In this document: positions 25,912-40,700 of the stretch, piece after piece | Position numbering within the stretch: position 1 is the first letter of the stretch | Layout: the number at the start of each line of letters is the position of its first letter | Position numbers and translations under genes: made by a program | The notes under the pieces: model-generated | Seen by the model: only the letters and a program-made list of their open reading frames with translations | Databases searched by the model: none | Told to the model about the DNA's origin: nothing | Source: the human T2T-CHM13v2.0 reference genome, Homo sapiens | Length of the DNA stretch: 64,000 nt | Direction: 5' to 3' (one strand) | Assembly (NCBI RefSeq): GCF_009914755.1 | Contig: NC_060925.1

Positions 25912-26238
25912 AGGGTTGGGGAAACTGAATATCCACATGCAAAAAAATAAAACTGGACCCTTATCTTACACCATACACAGAAATCCATTCAAACTATATT
26001 AAAGATTTAAACACAAGACATAAGTTCTAGCACAATAAACCTCCTAGAAGAAAACATAGGGGGAAAGCTTCATGGTATTGGGCTTGTCGATGATTTTTTG
26101 GGTATGCTGCTAAATGAATAAGCAACAAAAGCAAATTTAGAGAACTAAAACCATATCAAACTAGAAAGCTTATGTACAACAAAGGAAATAATTAACAGGG
26201 TAAAAATGCAACTTACTGGATGACAGAAAATAATTTGC
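25912..26238 (+). mobile_element. L1M ORF2 fragment (sense part)
   Basis: ggaaactgaatatccacatgc...ctagaagaaaacataggggg...agaaaataatttgc. Confidence 0.88.
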
Positions 26239-27324
26239 CTTGGATTGCTTAACAGACATCTAAGTGAGTGTTTCTATTTTTCTACTTCCCAGTCACTTTC
26301 CAATCTTCACCAATTCAACATCTCTCAAGATTCCAATAAAATGGCTCTCCTGAGTGTACTAATAAGTATTCATTTAAATATACAATTCTGTATAGAATTC
26401 AATATAGAATAAACAATTCTAATGGACATTTCCTAGTTCTCATCAGTCTTAAATTCTTAGTAGCATGTAATTTTATGGACCATATTTTTTTGTTTCTGTA
26501 GGATCTGTGACTCTGTATAATCTTAATTTGCTTTCCCTCCTGTTTCTTGAAGACAAAATAGGAATATATGGAGTCACAGGTCCTATAGAAACAAAATTCT
26601 TAGTGTAATTTTTGGATTCATAACTTACTGCTTTCTTATCAGTTAGGTCCAACAAAGAAAAAGGAACCAAACCGTAATTTGAATGCAGAAAGCTTAATAT
26701 AATATTCACTCTGAGATGTTTTGGGTTTTACTAGGCCCTGGTTATTATCTCTTTTATAAATATGAACACAGAGAAATGCATCTTCACCAAAAGAAGATCA
26801 ATGATGCAAGAGTGATGCTAAATGAAAACTGGATGTAATCATTAGAATTGATGAGAATATAGCTAGTGAAAAACATGATGGTGAATAGAAGAGCTTCATC
26901 AAAAATGCTGGGTGTTCTTTATGAAGTTTTGTCCCATTGTATTTATGTTGGAATATAGTTTTTATTATTTGAATTACCTCAATTTCTGTAAGTGCATAAG
27001 TCTATATATTTTGTGTAGGTACATGTATACATATATTTGTGTTTATATATATAATTAATTAACAGTAGTGCTTATAACACTCAAAACAATATGCTATTAT
27101 TCAATTTTCAGCTTTTTGCCTCTGCCAATTTTCAGTGTTTATACAAATAAACTTCAAGTCTTATATAATAGGCAGAAAATAATGACTTCCATAATTTTTA
27201 AGGATATATTAAAGTATAGGAATCATTACATCAACCACATGTTAAAACAACTTTCTAATGCCTCTGTGTGCTGTGCATTGTCTTCATAAAGCATGAGGTG
27301 CATCTAAATCATGTATCACCTTTT

Positions 27325-27628
27325 GGGTCGATGCAGTGGCTGATGCCTGTAATCCCAGCAACTTGGGAGGCTGAGGCAGGTGGATCACTTCAGCTCAGGA
27401 GGTTGAGAAGAGCCTGGGCAACATGGGAAAACTCCGTCTCTACCAAAAAATCATTAGCCAGGAATGGTGGTACATGCCTAGCATTGCAGCTACTTGGGAG
27501 GCTGAAGCAGGAGGATCACCTGATCCCCAGGAATTGAGGCTGCAGTGAATTGTGATGGTGCCACTGCACTCCAGCATAGGCAACAGAGTGAGACCCTGTC
27601 TCAACAAATAAATAAATAAATAAACAAA
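27325..27628 (+). mobile_element. AluJ
   Basis: Diverged dimeric Alu with a J-type right arm (ggaggatcacc, gaggctgcagtg, gagaccctgtctc), (TAAA)n tail and flanking cacctttt repeats. Confidence 0.9.
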
Positions 27629-27726
27629 CCACCTTTTCACTTTCATAAAATAGAAGTTCTCAACACTAAATAACATTTTATAGATGAAATACTTGAAGTA
27701 ACATTTGTGATACTGGTAAAATTATT

Positions 27727-29449
<1,723 letters not shown>

Positions 29450-30739
29450 TTATTAAACTTCTTAAAAATGTAAAGTATTTTAAGCCAACTAAAAACATGA
29501 TTTTACTATTAGCATAATTTTAACATCTGTCAGAATATTCTATCCCTTTGCATAAAAACACTTTTCTATGACCCACTTAATTTTTAATCTTTTGCTTAAT
29601 ATATAAATCAATTTCTGCAAGTCAAAAACTTTATTAATTTTTACTTTTACCAATTTCGTTTACTTATTTGGATAGTAAAATCCAATTTAACTTTGAGTCC
29701 CTGGGGAATATAAAACAAATTTGTTTTATGTTAATTGATGTTTAAATGAAAATGTATAAGAAATCTGTAATTGAACTTTTTAATTTAAAAACAAAGTTTA
29801 GTTTTTTAAAGTTGCCATCAATCCATTTTATTTAGACTTTCTGTTTGGTTCTGTGAGGGATCATAACACATTTTTTGTATTGTCAATAGTTCTGAAACAT
29901 ATAAATATTAAAAATTCATTTAACATTTTATGTAGTTCAAGTTTTGCAAAACTGTTACATATAATGCTATATACACACACAAATACACACATGCACAATA
30001 CATACATACGTGTATGTATAATGTTTTTTGAGAAAGACACTCACTCATGATTCATCCCATTTGCTTGCTTTGAATATCAGTATATTAAAATATATTTTAT
30101 TTCTCATGCAGTGTGATAATCATGAATGTTAGACTAGTTCTTTTATTATTATGTTTCAATTAAATAGTGCCATCAATGCATCATTTTGGAAACTAAATAG
30201 AGTTTTTGTGCAATATATTTAATTTCTGCATAAAAAATAAACTGAAACATTGTTACTATCTTAGTTGGAGATTAAATCCCAAGTCTACAGGCTCACTTTT
30301 CTTTCCTTCGAGCCAGCCTATCATCCTCTGCTCATGTGGGCTAGACGTTTTTATAGAAACATACACGAGACAGAGCACATATTGGGTGTCAAGAGATAGC
30401 CTCTTATGCTTTGACATAAAATACATTTTTAATAATAAACACCCTGATAGAAGAACTAGAGTATGTGGGAGTACAAAATAATGAAAACTAAGCAAACTAA
30501 GTGGTAAGGCCATTTGAAACTTAGCAGGACATTCACAAGATAGAAATGAAAGACGTGAAGAAGAACAGAGATTATCAGCCAAAGCCCAAATAAATCAAAG
30601 AGTATAGTGTCTTAAAGTGATAGAGAGATGTGCCATATTACCTTAAAATAGAAAAGTAATAGAAACAGGAGTGAGATGAAAACCGAGTAGGTTAGAAGTG
30701 GGCTATTAATAAAGGGTCTTGTAAAGCATAGTGAAGCTT

Positions 30740-30990
30740 GATAGTATCCAAACATATGGATTTGGGGCTCATATTGTTCTTAGTATGTGTCCAAGTTTGT
30801 TACTTATTAGATATGTGCGCTTGGGCCAGGCACTAAACTTCTTTTCAAATATATGTTTTTGGATGTATAAAACTGAAATAATAATTCTACCTTCTATGAT
30901 TTTTCTAATAGTAGGGAGATATGGCATATACATACATTAACAGAGTACTAGGGAAATTTTAATCCTTTGTGTCTAATATGTATTAATGTT
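30740..30990 (+). mobile_element. MIR
   Basis: ttacttattagatatgtgcgcttgggccaggcactaaactt...tgtataaaactgaaataataattctacc matches the MIR core. Confidence 0.6.
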
Positions 30991-32130
30991 ATAAATATTA
31001 TACTTTGCCTTGTATCATTAGGAGTTATGCCAAGAGCAACCTCCTCTACCTAAGTATCTATATCATTATTTGGGAAGAAAAAAGTCTTATTCTTCCCCAA
31101 TAATTTGCATGGCCAATATTATGTTGATATATAGCTGCAAGGGAGGTAGGATTCTTAATGTTTAATGATGCAGTCTTTGTAATACAATTGAGAAAGGAAG
31201 AAGGTAGTTTGAAGAAGTATTTCATAATCCCATCCATAGCACGATCTATAGCACATGCAAAAAAGCTTTCTATAAACACAATGCGACATAACTGAAAGGT
31301 CCTAACATGAAGAATTTTTCCATTCAGGAAGATCTCTGCAGCTATAGGTTAGTGGACTGAAGTTATAGGTGCTAAGAGGCATTTACTTTTTCTGTAACTT
31401 AGGAGATTAGGTCACCCATCAGCAAAAGGTAAAGGGGGATGTGAAGCATTTTAGAAAGATGTTTTGACAGAGTTTCCAAGCAGAAAGTGAGTTAGAAGTG
31501 ACTAGGAAAATAACTATGTCAAGGAAGTGTTAATGTTGAAGATCACAGCAACAAACCACCCAAAAATATACATAACTTTTAGAGAACATATTACATCATA
31601 TTTGAAAATGTAACAGCTTAGAAAAAAATTGCCAGTTAATGTATTCAATACATAATTATTGGTTTAATTTATATTATGCATAGTTTAAAATGACTGAGGG
31701 GTTATTACATATATCCTTTCTATAGCCCACAAATTTAAGATCTCCTTCAGGGTAAAAAAAAAAAAAAGCTTAAAAATTACTGAAACTAACTTTATATAAC
31801 TTATATTAAAGGAAATTATCAGAATACATTGGAAAGATAGTGTAGAATTTGGGCTGGGATAAGCAAATTATTTTCATTGGATAATAATAAACTCTCATTG
31901 AGACCAAATTTTTCAAGACTTTAATTAACAGCAAACCACGTTTTGTTTTTAACGTTGTGTCAAATTAATAAATGTAAATTTCCAACATTCTCCAAAGAAA
32001 CAGTTCATTTATGAAAAGTGAGCATTTCATCTAAAATTTTGCATCTGGTAAATATTATATCTAGGGAATATTTTAAATGACGAGAATTCCTAAAAGATTT
32101 GAAAAGCAAAGTATAAGTAAATGTATATAC

Positions 32131-32714
32131 TGCGAAAGGAAAATAAATCTCGGAAGCTCACAATCACTAAGCCAAGAGAAAAGCCAAGTCGGGAATTATG
32201 ACAGAAAAACATGCCTCCCATTTTATTCCTAAATAAGATGGCTACAAAGATGAAAAGTTACATACCACCCTCACAATTTCCCCGCAAGGAAATGCCTTGT
32301 GGACAAAGGACAGACAGAACTCAAAGTCTTCCTCTGAGGCTCACCTGAAACAAAAGCACATTTGATTGCTTCTTCCACCCTATTGTTTATGTAAAAATGC
32401 AGATTCACTGAGCCAGTGTTCAGTGGAAGGCTGATCAGGGACTCAAAAAAATGCAATCTTTTGTCTCTTATCTACTTATGACCTGGAATACCACCTTAAG
32501 TTGTCCTGCCTTACTGGACTGAACCAATGTATACCTTACACATATTGATTACACATCATGTCTCCCTAAAATGTATAAAAGCAAGCTGTACCCTGACCAC
32601 CTTGGGCTTCTGTCATCAGGAACTCCTGAGGCTGTGTCACCGGTGCATCCTTAACCTTGGCAAAATAAACATTCTAGATCGACTGAGATGTGTGTCAGAT
32701 ATTTGGGGTTCACA
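32131..32714 (+). mobile_element. MER4A-type 5' LTR (ERV1)
   Basis: tgcgaaaggaaaataaatctcg...cactaagcca...ggcaaaataaac...ggggttcaca, with TG/CA ends. Confidence 0.88.
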
Positions 32715-32717
32715 ATT

Positions 32718-32737
32718 TGGCAACCAATGCAAGGGAC
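32718..32737 (+). promoter_or_regulatory. Degenerate retroviral primer-binding site (tRNA-Arg-like)
   Basis: tggcaaccaatgcaagggac lies 3 nt after the LTR and resembles the Arg PBS tggcgaccacgaagggac. Confidence 0.6.
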
Positions 32738-33658
32738 TCTGAGCAGAGGTGGAGGTGGCTCTGACCTTTCACAAATCTCCTATTGGTGCTTGGTACCAGC
32801 TTGAGCTTTCTTTATGGCTCAAATCAATAGGACAATTTGCTGAGGTCTGGGAGCTTCCCTCCCTCCAGAGAATCCCTGATCTCCCAAAATCTGGTTGAGA
32901 TCCAAAGTTTATTTTGCTGTACCACTCCTTTTCTGGAGTTTTACTTTCTTCCAACAAGGAAGGCAAGTTTTCCTGCTTCCATAATGATGGAAGGCAGTGA
33001 CTCCTTTCCGGAGTTTGAACTCGCTTCCAACAGGGAAGGCAAGTTTGAATTTTTTTCTGCTTCTAGAATGGTAGAGAGCAGTCTAAGACCCACTCCGAGG
33101 TTAAGTAGCTGAATTAGGGTCTTGGCTTGGCTAAAGTTGCGATTAACAGCCAGCTGGTCTTAATTTCTCCTCACCATTAGAATACTCAGTAATTATATTG
33201 TGAGGGTATTTTTGTTGTTTGTTCCCGTCTTTCTGTCATCAGATTTGACCAACTCCAATCATGGATAACAAGGCCTCCCTGACTGAATTGGCTAAAATTC
33301 CTCGCGCCTGCAAAAGAGTAAAAACAAAACAAAACAAAACCATGCACTTGGTTTCTGTTTTTGCTTCCTGTCTTAGAAAAGCAATTGTTCTTTCATTTAC
33401 TTTTCTTTCCCCTTATTCCTCCTTCTCCCTGCGCCATTTTTGGTAACAAGAAAATCTAGAGACTTCTAATGACTTGAACCCTTTAAATAACTCAAAACAA
33501 AGCGCCATGTTTTCTTTGTGGAGTTTCAAGAGTTATGGGCAGATTCTCTTTAGGTCTAAAACTGTTCTCTCCTGTATTTGTATTACCTAACCCCTTTGGC
33601 TTTTGGGGGTACCAGAGATTACCTTGTACTATGAGAGGATTTGACCATGGTGTGTAAT

Positions 33659-34806
33659 TGAGAGGTGACAGCATGCTGGCAGTCCTCACAGCCCTCGCTG
33701 GCTCTGGGCGCCTCCTCTGCCTGGGCTCCCACTTTGGCGGCACTTGAGCCCTTCAGCCCGCCGCTGCACTGTAGGAGCCCCTTTCTTGGCTGGCCAAGGC
33801 CGGAGCCGGCTCCCTCAGCTTGTGGGGAGGTGTGGAGGGAGAGGCGCTGGCGGGAACCGGGGCGGCGCATGGTGCTTGCGGGCCAGCGCGAGTTCCGGGT
33901 GGGCGTGGTCTTGGCAGACCACGCACTCGGAGCGGCCCGCCGGCACCACCGGCTCTGGGCAGTGAGGGGCTTAGCACCTGGGCCGGCAGCTGCTGTGCTC
34001 AATTTCTCGCCAGGCCTTAGCTGCCTTCCCGCGGGGCAGAGCTTGGGACCTGCAGCCCACCATGCCTGAGCCTCCGCCCCCTCCGTGGGCTCCTGTGCCT
34101 CCCGAGCCTCCCCGACTAGTGTCGCCCCCTGCTCCACGGCGCCCAGTCCCATCGACGGCCCAAGGGCTGAGGAGTGCGGGCGCTCGGCGCGGGACTGTCA
34201 GGCAGCTCCACCTGCAGCCCCGGTGCGGGATACACTGGGTGAAGCCAGCTGGGCTCCTGAGTCTGGTGGGGACTTGGAGAACCTTTATGTCTAGCTAAGG
34301 GATTGTAAATACACCAATCAGCACCGTGTGTCTAGCTCAGGGTTTGTGAATGCACCTAATGGACACTCTGTATCTAGCTAGTCTGGTGGGGACGTGGAGA
34401 ACCTTTGTATCTAGCTCAGGTATTGTAAACGCACCAATCAGCGCCCTGTCAAAACAGACCACTCAGCTGTTGTGACCCTGTCAAAACAGACCCATCAGCA
34501 GGATGCAGGTGGGGCCAGATAAGAAAATAAAAGCAGGCTGCTCGAGCCAGCAGTGGCAACCAGCTTGGTCCCCTTCCACACTGCGGAAGCTTTGTTCTTT
34601 TGCTCTTTGGGTCCACGCTGCCTTTATGAGCTGTAACACTCACCAGGAAGGTCTGCAGCTTCACTCCTGAGCCAGCGAGACCAGGAACCCACCAGAAGGA
34701 ACAAACTCCGGACACTCCGCCTTTAAGAACTGTAACACTCACCACGAGGGTCTGCAGCTTCATTCTTGAAGTCAGTGAGACCAAGAAGCCACCAATTCCG
34801 GACACA
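33659..34806 (+). mobile_element. LTR12C (HERV9/ERV9) solo LTR
   Basis: tgagaggtgacagcatgctggcagtcctc...ccaccaattccggacaca. CpG-rich U3. 4-bp TSD taat (33655-33658 and 34807-34810). Confidence 0.95.
34290..34545 (+). promoter_or_regulatory. LTR12 U3 enhancer/promoter (NF-Y CCAAT repeats, GATA, TATA-like AATAAAA)
   Basis: tctagct...ccaatcagc repeats with CCAAT at 34314 and 34434; agataag at 34517; aataaaa at 34526-34532. Confidence 0.75.
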
Positions 34807-37577
34807 TAATGGTGAATGAGAACTACAAAGTTAAAGATGGCTGATGACGGTTTTCAGGAAGTGGTCTTGGCTTTTTTTTTTTTTTTCCTCCTAGGAAGTT
34901 GTTGTTTAGGATCCTAATTCTAATTCAGAGGTGCATTCTAAAGAGTATTCTCCATTGCCTTGCCTACTGGTATTAATTTCGATTGGCTTGTTTGCGTATT
35001 TGCATGAGGAACCGAACTGTCGTTTTCATAAACAAACGAAAAACTGAGTTTTCTCAGCTCTGAAGAAAAAGGGCATTTTGCTCCTCCCAGCTGAAAGGCG
35101 CCCCTGGGTAACCAGGGGCCAAGTGGGAGTGTCTGGGGGGGTTGACCTCCCCCGCCCCCCCCCACAATGTGCAGTGTCCCTACAGGGAACTCCTAACAAA
35201 ATTAGTTTTAAAATGCTCATACAGGAAGTGCATATAGAAGCTGATCACTCCACACTTTGAGCCCTCCTGGAGGTGCTAGACCAATGGAGAGAGAAACTGA
35301 GGCAAGTAAGAGGGCGGAAATGAATCAGTGGTGACACACTATGAAGTCCCACACAGAATCAGCACACACGACTCACTCCACTAAAAACCTTGGCCACAGC
35401 TCAGTTCCTCATTTTGAGAAAAAAAAAATGTGAAAAACAAATCGTCTATGAATAATGAAAGACAAGAAGAGTGACCCCTCTCAGGCACCCTATTTGGTTT
35501 TATGGTGCCCCTACTTGCAGGTGGTTGTGTAAATGGAAGGGCACGCCAGGTTTTTCAGTTCTCCAGGTGGTTACACATTAGGTCTGTTCTTGTGAACATT
35601 TTAAATTGACAGGTAAATTGCATTAAGGAAAATTCAGAGCCTGAAGGTCGACCTGCACCTATAAAGTTCCCAAGTTCTCCATCACTCTGTTTTCTTTTCT
35701 GCCTGTTTTAAGTCTGCTGTGACTTCTCTACTGAGATAAAAATCCACTGTTTGCATCCAACCATTTATTTTGCTATAGTTTTTGCAAACCAATGAGTTTG
35801 TATTAATATCTTATGGCTAGGGTTCTGAAGTAAAAGCTATAGGATCTTTGCATGAGTTTATATGTGTGGGTTTATGTATATGTACACATATTTTGTAACA
35901 TGTTTTTGGCCACTAGGTACAAAATTTGGCTTAAAGAATACTCAAAAACTAAATAATCCCAAATGCTTTTCAAGTTCATGTGAATTAGGTAAAATCTTTA
36001 ATAAGCTAGCTTTAAAGTTATTTGTAAAGGAATATTACAAATGTGTTAAGAAATGTCTGCACACATTTTTGTTTGCATTTATTGATCAAGAGATGTCATA
36101 CTTATTATTGTCAAATACTATAAGTCGTCAAAATTTGACATAAGGGTTATTAAACTATAAACTCAGCCCAAAACAGAATTATCTTCGCTTGTATTTTTTA
36201 TAAATAAGACATTAATATTGGTTTAATGAAAACAGCCCAGTCTTTAATTATTTAGTAAAATAACCATATGTTGACTCTTAAGTTTCTTATGTAAACACTT
36301 GAAATTCACAGGCTATAAAATGGCTGACAGGCAAATAACTTTAAATGATCACTATCTCAGTTTTCATAAATTAGGTAAACTAGTAAAATAAAACAATTAG
36401 GAAAAGGTAATGGGATAAATACTTGTAGAAAAATTTGTCATAATTTAGAACCTAAAGTTAAATTAAATAATGGATTTTTTAAATGGGTATTTTCCAATTA
36501 AAAAATATATATAATAGAAAAGCATTTTTTCCTACAAAAAACTGTGTTGATGCTAAAAGGTGAATAATTTTTGTCTAATTCAAAGCTCATTTAAAGGTTA
36601 TGTATAAAACAAGGTAAAAGGAACCAGGAATTAAGAAATAAGAAAGACGTAAAGAAAGTTATAGAAATATGGAGGGCATTTTTGGTAAAGAAAGCTTAAA
36701 GAAAAATAATTTTATGAGAAAGAAACTTGTACGGTAAAATTTTGCCCTAGAATAAAATGATTGTCTAAGAAAGAGGGATGTTCAGGGCAAACCATGTACC
36801 AAGCATGTCATGTGTGGTCTGTGAGAGACATAATAAGAGGATTTATATTAAAAAAAAAACCAAAAAACTTCTCTATGATCTAGTTGTCTATAATTAAAGG
36901 AAAATTATTTATTATGGTCTTTCTAGAGATTGGGTTTTGATATGTAAAGAAAACCCACTTATATGCTAAATAATTGCTTAGAACAATAAGACTTTTTAAG
37001 GAATTGTTTTACTCTTAATAAAATTACAAAACATAATATATATTACGCAAAGTTCAATGTTTATTGCGTCTCATTCTCAGCTCCTTTAAGTTTTCTTTTT
37101 TTTTTCTTTCTTTCCTCGGGTTCTGTTTGTTGTGGCCTGATGATAAAAATGTTTTATGTTAAAGGTCTACAGGAAGTGTTTTCTTCCAACAAAATATTCT
37201 GTGCTCCTGGCTTCAAATTGTTCTACAAATCCAAAAATTTTCACGTATGACCCAGAAAACACCTCCTATGTCTAATTCAAGTACCGCTTTCAGTAGATCT
37301 GACTTGCAGGTTATCTAAATGTACTCCGCATAGGGAACAGCAGTCACACTGCGGAAGCTCTTTTCTTTTGCCTTTTGGTAACTGGCCTAACAAATTTTGT
37401 TTTATCACAATAATTCCTATGTCATTATTATTCAGTGCTGGTTTGCTTAGAAGACGACTGCGATTTTTTTGTAATTAAATGTATTGCATCTGTGTAACTT
37501 TTTGTATGTGCTTTTAAAGTCTTTATGCCATTCAGTTACAGTGCTTTGACTCCTGGGTCTAAAAAGAACCCCAAGTC

Positions 37578-37752
37578 ACACAGCATTTGCTATTTCCTTG
37601 ATAAGCAGTATCATATTGTGGCTAAAGAAAGGATTTTAGCATCAGAAAGACCTGAATTTAAATTCTAAACTCACTACTTTCCAATTATGAGGCCTCAGGC
37701 AAGGTATTTAATCTCTCTATAACTCAGCTCCCTCATCTTAAAAAGTGTCAGC
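37578..37752 (+). mobile_element. MIR-containing insert inside MER4-int
   Basis: gcagtatcatattgtggctaaag...cagaaagacctgaatttaaattc...ggcctcaggcaaggtatttaatctctct...ctcagctccctcatct is a MIR head and core. Confidence 0.75.
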
Positions 37753-40700
37753 TAAATCTTAAAAAGTGACAGCAGTTAAAGCCTTGTCTTCAGACCCAGT
37801 AGAAGATGCCAATCAAAATAGTGCATTCGTGAGACACAGAGCCAGAAATTAAAACTATGCAACTCAAGGCCCAAGGACTATCGTGGAAGAGGTTGTAATG
37901 GCGGATTTTGAGAGATAAACTAAGTTCAGCTTCTTTAGAAATTAATCGTTAATGTCAGAGGCACACTGTGCAAGACTAGCATATAGGATTCTGTGTCAGA
38001 TTAACTAGGTTTTCCTGCGGCATTAACCTACTTTTAAATAAATGGTTATAAAGGTTATAAAAAAGCTTATGTAAATTATATCTTATAGTCAAGATTAACA
38101 TTTTACAATTTTTTTATAATATTTGAGAGACAGATCTAATCGGCCTTGTGCTGTCTTTATTAAGGCTTATTGTTTGGAAAATTAAGTCTCTTCTCTCAAA
38201 AATAAAGGTTTCTGCCTATTTTGAAATATTTGAGTTATCACTTTGAGTAAATGAATGACTTATTTTACAATAACCTATGGTCCTATTTTGTGATATCAAG
38301 TGTTTTAAACTTTTTATTTTCGACAAATTTTCAAAATCAAATTCTAACTTCCGTCCTCCTCATTAATTTTTTATACTGTCTCCTGAAGTTCAAAAGAGAC
38401 ATATTCGGCTCTCATTTCTGTATAATAAAATCATACAGAAAGTATTGTCTAATATGAAAAACTGCTTAACCTTCTTTGGATTATATTTACAAAGATGCAT
38501 CATACAGGTACAGGGAGGTGTTTAGTTACCAATCAGATTAAATGCAGATAGACTCCCTTCGCATATATAATAATCAATCTCTCAAAGGACAAGTGAAAAA
38601 AAAAAAAAGTAGATCCTAAAAGCAGCAAGAAAAAAAGGAAAAAATATATAATGGAACTCCAATACACTCAGCAGCAACATCTCATTGAAAATCTTACAGG
38701 ATGGAAGAAAGGGGGGTGACATATTCAAAGTGATGAAGGAAAAAAGATTTTCAATGAAGAATAGCATACTCAGTAAATCTATTCTTCAGATATAAAGAAG
38801 AGAGAAATAATTTATTAGGCAAACAAAAGCTGAGTGAATTTATCAACACCAGAACTCTTTTAAAAGAAATACTAAAGGGAGAGATCTTCAATCTGAAAGA
38901 AAATGTGTAATAAGAAAACATCTGAAGGTATAAAATTCACTGATAAAAGCAAGTATGCAGACAAATTCACAATATTGTAATAGTCTGAATACATTGTGGG
39001 TTACAAAGCATTCATATTTTTAGCATGAAGACTACAAGACAAAACTATTTAAATAATAACTACAATAATTTTCATGAAGTAAGCAGTATAAAATATGCAA
39101 AATGAGAAATAAAATCAATATGGAAAAGGAATGATGTTGAAGTGTAGAGGTTTTTTTCTTACTTTTTATTCGTTTGTTTCTTTTATTTGTGATCAAAGCT
39201 AAATTGTCTGGAGTGCAAAATAACCTGCTAAAATTGTAACTTTTTTTAAGACTCATGGAAACCACAAAGCAAAAACCTATAACGATACTCTAAAAACAAA
39301 AAAAGGAATTAAAATGTATTATCAAGAAAATCACAACCACAAGCAGACCTTATAAAAGAAAAAAAGGAAGAAAAGGGTTACAAAACAACTAGAAAACACA
39401 TAATAAAATGGTAGTACTAAGTCCTGACCCATCAATAATAACCTCGAATGTAAATGGCCTAAATGCTCCAATAAAAATGCAGAGTGGTTGGATGGATAAA
39501 AAATATCAGGACCCAACTACGTGCTGCATACAAGAAACTTACTATACTTAAAAGATATGTATAGAATGAAAATGAAAGGAAGCAAAAATAGTATTGCATG
39601 CAAATAGAAACGTAAAGAGCAAGAGTAGTTATATTTAAATAGAATAGGCTATAAGTCAAAAACGGTAAAAAACAAACAAGACAGAAGGCCATTATATAAT
39701 GATAAATGGGTCAATACAGCAACTGTAAATATATGTGCACCCAACACCAGAATACCTAAATATATAAAACAAATATTAATAGAGCTAAAGGGAGAGATTC
39801 TCTTCAATACAACAATAGTAGGAGATTTCAGCATTCCACTTTTGCAACAGACAGATCATCCAGACAGAAAATCTGTAAAGAAACATCAGAGTTAAACTAC
39901 ATTCTAGACCACATAGACCAATCAGACATTTACAAAACAGTCCATCCAAAAGCTAAAGAATACACATTTTTTTCAGCAACACCTGGAACATTCTTCAGGA
40001 TAAGTAATATGTTAGGCCACAAAACAAGTCTTAAAAAATTTTTAGAAATCAAAATTATACCAAGTAACATCTCAGACCACAATGAAATAAAACAGGAAAT
40101 AAATAACAGGAAGAACTTTGGAAACTGGACAAGTACATGGAAGTTAAACCACATGTTTCTGAATAATGAATGAATCAATAAAATAATTAAACATGAAATT
40201 TAAAAATTCCTTCAGATAAATGAAAATGGAGGCATAATTTACCAAAACCTGTTGGATATAGCAAAAGTAGTTCTAAAATCAAGTTTTTAGCAATAAACAC
40301 CTACATCAGAAAAGTAGAAATATCTCAAGTGGCGTAAAAGAGATACACCTCAATGAGATAAAAATATGAAAACAATCTAAACCAAAAATAAGTAGAAGGA
40401 AATAAATAATAAAGATCTAAGCAGAAATAAACCCGAGCACAAACATGAAAGATCAATGAAACAAAAAGCTGTGTATTTTTTTAAAAAATTAAATAGACAA
40501 ACCTTTAACTAGATTAATTAAAGAAAAGCAGAAAAGACAAAAATTGAGGTGAAAGTAGAGACATTACAATGGACAACACAGAAATACAAAGGATTATAAT
40601 TATAAGACATAATTATGAACAACTATACCAAAAAAAAAAACTGGAAACCATAAAGGAAACAAATAAATTCCTGAACACATACACCTTATCAAAATTGCAT

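Larger units (their letters stand above)
32715..38495 (+). mobile_element. MER4-group ERV internal sequence (non-coding), 3'-truncated, no 3' LTR
   Basis: Follows the LTR and PBS. MER4-int-like leader and AT-rich internal region. Interrupted by LTR12C and ends against L1 ORF1. Confidence 0.8.

Noticed and set aside
34526-34532. AATAAAA as the LTR poly(A) signal
   Set aside because: By position it is the TATA-like box of ERV9 LTRs, upstream of the start site, not the R-region signal.
33492-34805. Many ORFs up to 177 aa and an apparent CpG-island gene start
   Set aside because: All derive from LTR12C, which commonly yields such spurious ORFs.
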